The notes beneath the pieces were generated by a model, which was given only the letters and a program-made list of their open reading frames with translations, was not told the origin of the DNA and ran no database searches. A DNA stretch of 50,029 nucleotides from Nemertoderma westbladi (lineage: Eukaryota > Animalia > Xenacoelomorpha). The stretch spans positions 1 through 50,029 of the forward strand of contig JAUCBJ010003166.1 in assembly GCA_032718475.1 (NCBI GenBank), in the 5' to 3' direction. How positions within the stretch are numbered: position 1 is the first letter of the stretch; each line of letters begins with the position of its first letter. A program made the position numbers and the translations under genes. Below, piece after piece: positions 41,859 through 50,029 of the stretch.

Positions 41859-42988
41859 TTTCGTGGAAAAATAGCTGAGATATTGGTGTTCACTATAGTT
41901 GCACGGTTTTGCAGTTGCGCTATTTTATTATAATTGATAAATATACCATATTCTGGAACATTCATTTTGTCTATGTATGAATAGCTACGTAACCCATACG
42001 GTTACGGTAACCGTATGATAAAAAGAGGTATTGCATTGTTACCCGGCTAGTAGGAAAACTTTACAATTGATTACAGCTCTATTGTAACCAATGGCCCCTC
42101 AAGCGGGCCTGCCCTCTGGCTGTGTGCCAGTCCTTTAGAAGAGTGTTGTCCTTGGCGCTATACAATACTTAATATTGAGAAGTTAAAAAAAATCAAAATT
42201 TTTCAGATATACAATTACAATACAATTTAGACCGCAAAGTGAAAACCAACCTGGTATTATTCGGGCGTTTGAACCAATTGCATTTCAATTATTCTTCAAC
42301 CTTAAAGTGATTGGTTGGTGGAGAACGAAAGATCACGATGATGGATTCCAAATATGTAATAAGATTATATATACACAATATTCTGGAACATTTGTTTATC
42401 TGCTGCGTACTAGTATTATTATATACAGTAGGTATTGTATTGTTGCCCAGCTACTGATTAGTTACATATTAGAATGTATAATAAATGGACTCCATCACAG
42501 CTCACGCAAAATATGTAACTTTCAACGCCCATTATAACTGCCATATCTCAGATATTCCTTTTGAAAAATTCTGAATTTATTACATTATTTAATTTCCCTT
42601 CAACAACGTCATCTTACATTCGTTATCGAAGGTCGACTGGGATACATACTGTATTTAAAGCGCTTGTAGTTAAGGATTGAAAGCGAAGGCGGGTTGATAC
42701 AGTATCTCGACACGGGGAATTAACAAAATATTTAATTATCAATAAATTTGTTTTAGTTATTCTAAGAAAACAATATAAGCGAAATTGTGGGGATATGAAA
42801 ATACACTTTATATTATTATCAGACTTATATTGTCAGGGCAAAAACAGTTCATGGTGTTCATAGTTCATGGAAATATGCGACAGGGTTGGGAAGGATTGAA
42901 ATGTACATAGGAGTTATTAGTTATACTGTAATACCCGATCAGAGTTTATTACGATTATTTGAATTTTAAATTGTATATACAAAGTGTA

Positions 42989-43083
42989 AAAAGTGCCGGG
43001 GACATAAGATATGGTGTCCCCCCCTACCTGAAAAGTGGGAGGGACGTGCCCCCCCCCCCGTCCCCCATATGGCTGCGCCACTG
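42989..43083. mobile_element. Solo terminus of a hAT-like MITE
   Basis: GC-rich GGGAC/GTCCC hairpins ending GCTGCGCCACTG (CAGTGGCG-type TIR); the partner end was not found. Confidence 0.45.
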
Positions 43084-44159
43084 CCGACTACGTACAGTAT
43101 TGGATATGAATAATCATTATACTTATCTCTCATATACATAGTGGATCATAAATAATTGAAATTGTAACATCTAATAGAATTAAATTGGTTTATATACTCC
43201 AATGGAATTATTATCTTTTGTTACATTATGCTGTTATGTCAACTTAACAGCGTTCTGATGAATTACTCGTAACGCTGCAAAGTACTACTTTGCAACGTTG
43301 CGGCCTATAGGACGGAACGCTGCAAAGTAATCAATGACATGGAAACAACTTCAATTACCGTATTCTAGAATTTATTATTTCCATTTATGTTAATGAGTGC
43401 TGCTTTATTATCCAGTTTGCAGTGACGGGACTAGCTACTGTATGTAAATAATTGTTTAACGTGTACTGTATTCAATTATGTCGAAACGTCCAATAGAAGA
43501 CACTAAAACCCTAAGACACTAAGACACGACAGTGTTCAGTAAAACTGAACGGACACAGACGGTGACTCAGTTAGATTAAGTCGACTATAATCAAGATGGA
43601 TTACTGATTTATCATATCCATGCAGGAGATTATTAAGATATTAGATAATTAATACTGTATAGCTGTTAATAAACTTCACTTATATTTGATATAGTACAGA
43701 TTAAAATGTATAAATGAGTATCCATAAAATCCTTTCTTCATATACCGAACGCTGATTAAGTTGACATAATGTAACAAAATTACATACATTATTGCTTGCA
43801 AAGATAACTTTTCAGCGTTAAAGACCCTTGTTTATTTATGTAAACCTCCCACGTTGCGCTCGCTCGGTACATAAATAAACTCGGGTCGTAACGCTGCAAA
43901 GTGCTACTTTGCAGTTTGCACATAATGATGTAAATGGTTATTAAATTAGCCCTATTCTCATTCACCCTCCACTGTAACTCAAACACCGCTGTATATTCCC
44001 GCTCTGGTGTGCCAATCACGGAACAGCTTCCTCCAGAACATCGCGGTGAACTGAGAGCAGACTCACCGAAATCAACTTCCGAAAGAAATTGGTAGCCCCG
44101 CCCCCGCACTCTCCTCAATCCCCAACCCACTGCGCCACTTGGTACCCATTTGAGATCCT

Positions 44160-45530
44160 CTCAGCCCAGTCCGGATTCATCGCCATCCTCTAGCTGTTCC
44201 CTCACAACTGGTTCCCGAATGACATTTCGGGGTCCGAATGCCAGATCGCCGATGGTTACTACTACTACTACTACTAGGATCGGCATGCTGAATTGCAGCT
44301 GCATTTTTAGGAATGCTGTGCCGGCTTGTCGACAAGATTGCGCCGCCACAACTCCCTATCACCCATGACATTTGCTAGATCATCCGCATCTCCAAGGCCA
44401 GTGTCCTTTAAGAGGCGTCTCAAGAAAGTCATGGGCTGCCCACCATGCTTATTCACTCCATGAGGCTGCCAAAGTACTGTACAATATTATGCACTGGCTG
44501 GTCCTCACGGCGAAAGCAATGTTCTGCAAAGCGGAGGCGATTTTATTCTAGTGCCAAGCTTGGGTAAACCAATGAGACACCTCCAATGTTATATAGTGTC
44601 TGCGTCTGGTTGGAGATGTGTGCATTGTACTTGACACAATGAACCCGGCGTAGCATTCTTGTGAATGTGCCATCCAGAGATTTGGTGTCCTTATCAGTTA
44701 GAGCCCAGCATGGACTCCCATAGAGGAGTACTGGAACTACTGCTACTCTGAATAATCGGACCTTAAGTTTCCGATTAATTCTCGGTGACTTCCAAATCCT
44801 GGAAAGCCTATTCAAGGCTGCCCATGCCTTTCCCTTACGTATTCGAAGGTCTTCACCTGACTTCCGGATCCATGATCCCAGGTAATATAAGTCGTCCACA
44901 TGCTCAAGCATACCATCATTTGAGCTTATGCTCATCCGGTCAGAGACTTGCTGAGGACTTTCAAAGTTAACTGTCAACATTTTGGTCTTTCTGGAGTTAA
45001 TAAAAAGACCAAAACTAGAAGCAGCCTGTTCTAATGAGCTGAGGAGCCGTTGGGCTCCCTGTGGTGATTCTGAGAGTAATCCTAAGTCATCAGCAAAGTC
45101 TAGATCAGTTAGATACTTGGCAGGATTTCCTCGACTTCTGGAGCCAGTAGGTGGAGTTACCATCACCCCATCATCATTATGATGATCTAAGGACATGCGT
45201 AGAACATAGTCAATCACAATTATGAACAAGAATGGTTCAAATGTGTCTCCCTGGAGGACGCCCCATAACACTTCAAATGGTTCTGTGTCACCGTCAGCAG
45301 TAGACACAAATGTTGTCGAACCATCGTATACTGATCTGATTGCTGCAATAATTTCATCAGGAATCCCATATAATGAAAGTATGCTGAACTGAGCTGAACA
45401 GAGCTGAACTGCTCTGAATCAGAGATTGAATCAAATGATGTTATCACGCAGTTTATTATGGCGCTGAATTACGAGGCCACCTTTCTTGCAATTCAAACCA
45501 TGGATTTAAATTGAATGGGGGCCCAAATCC
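44160..45530 (-). mobile_element. Fragment of a second RLE-type (CRE-like) non-LTR element, split by an RTE insertion
   Basis: HGLNCKKGGLVIQRHNKLRDNI (45503-45438) joins IGDLAFGPRNVIREPVVRE (from about 44253 downward) once the RTE is removed. Confidence 0.65.
44257..45437 (-). mobile_element. RTE-clade LINE family 2, 5'-truncated within RT (copy 1)
   Basis: FDSI, YGIP, GVLQGDTF.PFLF, DLDFADD, YLGSW, LLYG motifs; (TAG)n tail at 44257-44277; imperfect TSD GATG(G)TTA. Confidence 0.92.
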
Positions 45531-48006
45531 ATCACAACGACTTAGTACTCCAAGGAGGGGTCTGCCGTACCGCACCGAAATTGCACCACGAAACTCCCCT
45601 TGGGGTGAGTGGACATAATGTAGGTTAGCTCTATGGGAATCAACGAGGTCGATTTTAAATTCGGCCTCTCTACGGACAGTATAAAAAAAATGTTCCAGAA
45701 TATAGTGTATTTATTAATTACTGTAGAATAACATTTAAATAAACTTTCTAACGCCCACATCTGAACTATTTTCCACGAAATTCAGATTGTTTTACATATT
45801 TGAAATCCTTACATTGTCAGCTTTCTAACACTACAAAGGTTGTAGAATAACTGATGAGGTATCCATGTACCTGAATAACGACACTAAGTACCTGGACATG
45901 GCGTAAATGCATGCCAAATAATAATGCACTTTGATTGCAGGTACATTATTATCTCATCAAACAAAATTAATTATCTATTTACTGTATCTCCATTTGTTTA
46001 TACAATATTTCAATATTTGTAGTATCTTGTACCACTAGGAGGCCTATAATTTATTATTACAAGTAGCAGTAAAAGTTATATTGCAAATTATTGTATTACT
46101 TTATATACTACCATACACTTTTTGCTATTTTTTTTATATTTATACGACATATGCAATAATTTCCATCGTGTTAATGTGTGGGGGGGGGGGGGTTATACGC
46201 CCCTCAGGTCAAATTTTCAAATTGTTGTTTCTTTATTTAATCTAGAGCAGAATTTAATGAGGATTACAAATCTGAAAATCAGTTCTCGAGTTATCACGGT
46301 TTTTATGTATGACGGTCTGTCCATAGAATTTTAAGAAAGACAGAAAAGACCGATTCCACCAAACTACTGTAACATCGGAAATGAAATCAGCAATGAAAAT
46401 TTTAGCTCGTTGGTGTGCATCCTTCGTGCCAGAAATAACTAACCAACCAGAACACAGACAGCCAATTTTGGCGGGACGGTTTAAACTTTGATTTGAAAGG
46501 CATTTTCTCGGAATGACATTTTTCATTTTCAAATTACTCCTCCGTCATTTTTCAACAACTTTTCTTAGTTTTTGGCTCATTTGAACGATCTTTGGAAGCT
46601 CTTTAAAAGTTATCTTATGGCATTTTGATAAATATTACCATTTTGTTTATTTTTTGTTTATGTTTATTAATAATAATTTATTCTAATACTATATTTATAT
46701 ATTAGCCAATTTTAATTAAAAATATTATAATTAATGAATTATATTAATTAAATAATTCAAATAAAAATGGGTAATTAAAAATTCCATAAGTTAACTTTTG
46801 TAGAATTGATGACGCTAAGTCCACAAAAGTTTGTTTCAAGAAATCTGGACTAAGATTGAGGGACTACAGTAGTAGCATTTTTAGTGAACACTTTAATACC
46901 GCCGCCAGCCGCTAGGGGGAGGCTATAAAATTTCAAATTTTCCTATAGAGGATGTTTGCCTTCCATTTACTTGCTTTTAGTGGTTGGACATGACAACATA
47001 GCAATATTATCATTTAACACTAATTTACAGCCATTTTAAAAAAAGGTTCATGTGGGGGGGGGGGGGGGGGGGCAAAAAGCGAAAAGCAACCGATACCTAG
47101 ATGCTCTACATGCAATCAGAAATCACTCTCAAGGGGCCGATTGGGAACATGTTGTTGCGAATATGGGCTAAAGGAAGACGATAGAGATAGCTGGAGTCCG
47201 ACCGATATGATGCAGTTCTAGAAAAGCGCCAGTCACCGTGAGATGTCGCAACACAGTGACAGCACCCGGTTAGGATAGTTGAGGTTCGAAGTTGATTGAG
47301 TTAATAGCAAATATTAGGGGAATTTCGGGAGAAATGCAAAAACAGGTTGATGTTGAGGGAGCAACGTATAATTAATATTATTGAAAAAAAACACCGAAAT
47401 AAAGAACAATTAAAGAAACTTTTTTAAACTTTTGAAGACAGCTTTGCACAATGCGTTGGGATTTTGACTGAGAAGTGAAGTTCGGCCGTGTGCACGGGCT
47501 GTAAATACCACCTGCAGCGGAGTCATGATTGATGGAACGTTTCGATCCACCCGTTGGGTGAAGCGACTCGCTAAAGGGCACGGCCTTGGGGTACTAAGGA
47601 AAACGTAAAAGTTTATGTTTCGATCCGATATATTAAAGCGGGATCGAAACGTGCAGAAATAAGCGTGGTTTAATTTAGGTTTGTGGCCGTTAAAAAAATA
47701 CTAGACTTAGCGCAGTTAGTGCGATTATTCACGATAAAGTTCTGTTACCTGTGTTTTTTTATTATTACATTTTTAATTTACGCATTGCAGGAATCAACTA
47801 TTTAATCGAATGGGTATAAACATAAATTATTTAATAAATAATCTGTAGGGCCTAGACATACTTTCAGCTATTTATTAGTCAGCCATAAATAACTAAAAGT
47901 ATAATTTATCTTTAAAATTTACTTTCTTTTATGAAAAAAAACTGTATTATTACTGTAGTTCGTTCGATAATTGTTAGTTTTTATTTAATCAATAACAATT
48001 TTGTTC

Positions 48007-49020
48007 ATGGCTACTTTCTCAACTCGTAACAGTGAGAAGGTCTGGACAGAAGAAATTGAAGAAAAGCTTATAGAAGAATTTACAAAGCATATCACCGGTC
48101 CTGTTACTTCTTTTCCAGGGTTAGTTAAATTCCAACCAAGTGGACAAGTTCTTCCCAGAATATTCACACCGGAATATCAAAAGAAAATATTTGAATTTTC
48201 TGTGCGACATGATGACGTCTGGATTTGTACTTTTCCTAAATGTGGCACAACATGGACACAAGACATGGCTTGGTGTATTATGAATGACGTTAATACCGAA
48301 CTTGCCAAAAAGATTGACTTAGAGATAAGAGTCCCGTTTTTGGAGGCTTCCAATATAATTGGTGAGGAAATGTATAAAATGTATATTAATAGCTGCCTGC
48401 GCGAAGAAAGCGATACAAGGGTATATACATCTTCGATGGAGTTAACGGAATCAAAATCGTCACCTAGAGTTATTAAAAGCCACATGTCCATAGATATGCT
48501 TCCTTATGAGATTGGTGAAAAGCAACCCAAAATTATTCACGTTATACGTAATCCCAGAGACACTTGTGTGTCTCTGTTTTACCATTGGCAAATTCTGGGA
48601 TACACAGGACCATGGGATGTGTATTTCGACACTTTCGTCAATGACGTTTCTGGCTTATATACCCCAGCTTTGCAGCATTACCTTGGATACTGGAGAATTA
48701 GAGGCAGGGAAAACGTGTTGCCCCTAAGGTATGAAGATATAAAGAAAGACCTGGCCGGGGCCATTAAAAAAACAGCTAATTTTCTTGGGAAATCCCTTAC
48801 TGAAGAGCAAATAGCTAAATTAGAAGATCATTTATCATTTAAAAGCATGAGTGCGAATAATGCTGTTAATAAAAGTGTTGTTGGTGTTGGAAAGTTTATA
48901 CGAAAAGGTGAGGTCGGAGATTGGAAGAATCACTTTAGTAAAGAACAGATAGCGATAATGGATCAGTGGGAAAAACGGCACTTAGATGGAACTGGTTTGG
49001 AGTTCGTTTATGATAATTGA
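48007..49020 (+). CDS. Cytosolic sulfotransferase (SULT1-like, PAPS-dependent), single-exon CDS
   Basis: 5'-PSB TFPKCGTTW, RVPFLE, catalytic IKSH, 3'-PB RNPRDTCVS, YEDIK, FIRKGEVGDWKNHF. ATG at 48007. Confidence 0.95.
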   Translation: MATFSTRNSEKVWTEEIEEKLIEEFTKHITGPVTSFPGLVKFQPSGQVLPRIFTPEYQKKIFEFSVRHDDVWICTFPKCGTTWTQDMAWCIMNDVNTELAKKIDLEIRVPFLEASNIIGEEMYKMYINSCLREESDTRVYTSSMELTESKSSPRVIKSHMSIDMLPYEIGEKQPKIIHVIRNPRDTCVSLFYHWQILGYTGPWDVYFDTFVNDVSGLYTPALQHYLGYWRIRGRENVLPLRYEDIKKDLAGAIKKTANFLGKSLTEEQIAKLEDHLSFKSMSANNAVNKSVVGVGKFIRKGEVGDWKNHFSKEQIAIMDQWEKRHLDGTGLEFVYDN

Positions 49021-49746
49021 TTTAATATGTAGGTTAGATTTCAGATTCTGATACGACTATTGATGAATAACTTTAACATTTAACTGATTGCAAATTTTTT
49101 GAAATATAATAATTTAAAAATAATATTAAATTAATTAGGCTACATCTATGTCTACTACGCAAGATTCCTACTTCAGTAGTAGATATTAGTTTATTTACAA
49201 TAAATTATCTTACAACTCGTCTTGAAGTTATCCATTGGGCACTGCTTTCGTCTACTTGGGGTCAACGTCAACATGTTTTTGAGTATCGATTGTTTTATTG
49301 TAACACTTGGTGACACTTATTAACTGCGATGCGAGTGGTGCAATATTCAGGATGGAGGAAAGACTTTTTTCAAACGCCTATAGAAACAGTTTGAAAGCGT
49401 AACAAAAATTCAGACTAACGAATTACGGGATTATTCCTATAGGCCTTTGCACTTCGCAAACCCCGAGAACCAATATATATCACATTATTGGCCATCATCC
49501 GTATAACGGTAGTAATTATCAGTAATTGTTACCGAGAGAAAGGTCAAGGTAGCAATATTTATCAGTTTTTGTCATACAGTAAATGTATTGTGCATACTGT
49601 GTATATTGTTTATATCCAGTGTACCTACTAGATTGAATATATGGGAAAGAACCTTACATGACTCCCCAATTATTGTGTTACTGTCCAGCTGAGTGTCCAA
49701 TGTTACTGTCCAACGGAGAGCCGGTGTCATAGGCGAAAATACCCCC

Positions 49747-49851
49747 TACTAGGATCGGCATGCTGCATTGCAGCTGCATTTTTAAGAATGCTGTGCCGGC
49801 TTGTCGACAAAATTACGCCGCCACAACTCCCTATCACCCATGACATTTGCT
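49747..49851 (-). mobile_element. 3' tip of RTE family 2 (copy 3)
   Basis: Near-identical to 44271-44376. Confidence 0.85.
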
Positions 49852-50029
49852 TATTGATAGTAACAAAGTGTTGGCAAGCTGTATTTTTCGAGGTGTCTGT
49901 TATTGTGCATTTATTATAGGAAGGAATCTAGGGGTCATTACCTCGAATGATAAGTTTATTTTACCGAAAATAACTTATCTTTTATTGGCGCAATTGTAGG
50001 ACTAATCTCATCACATGCGTACTTTTTAA

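Noticed and set aside
46176-47075. Segment bounded by two TGTG(G)n runs as a discrete transposon
   Set aside because: It looks repeat-like, but I could not identify convincing TIRs; G-runs occur throughout the window.
23930-49020. Intronless genes as recent processed pseudogenes, or as bacterial/viral DNA
   Set aside because: ORFs are full length with catalytic motifs intact, and no poly-A or TSD is seen. Six of the seven proteins are typical eukaryotic families, and they are interleaved with the same TE families as the left half.
34345-49020. Biosynthetic cluster of hydrolase-like, glycosyltransferase and sulfotransferase genes
   Set aside because: The GT31 enzyme is Golgi-luminal, the SULT is cytosolic, and PPIL2 intervenes; nothing beyond proximity links them.

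Overview
Eukaryotic, almost certainly bilaterian invertebrate, AT-rich genomic DNA; not prokaryotic. The left part (1-23.5 kb) is repeat-dominated: two abutting minisatellites (22/24-bp and 47-bp units); a decayed CRE-like non-LTR retrotransposon carrying a Ulp1/SENP protease remnant; several MITEs and a hAT relic; a 3-kb Mutator-like element with nested insertions; and a near-intact, 5'-truncated RTE LINE. It also holds a five-exon minus-strand gene that the ORF track only shows in fragments. I assembled it by hand: 348 aa, starting MGGCLSK, acidic and probably disordered, with its exon-4 splice acceptor amplified into a ~17-copy tandem array. The right part (23.9-49 kb) holds seven genes whose coding sequences are all single uninterrupted ORFs: SPRING1/C12orf49, ERCC5/XPG (with a 9x13-aa repeat), an NT5C3-family nucleotidase, a DUF4336-like protein, a GT31 beta-1,3-glycosyltransferase, PPIL2 (with a ~50-aa insertion in the cyclophilin domain) and a cytosolic sulfotransferase. 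These are interspersed with MITEs and LINE fragments. All family calls come from motifs recognised by eye; no searches were run.
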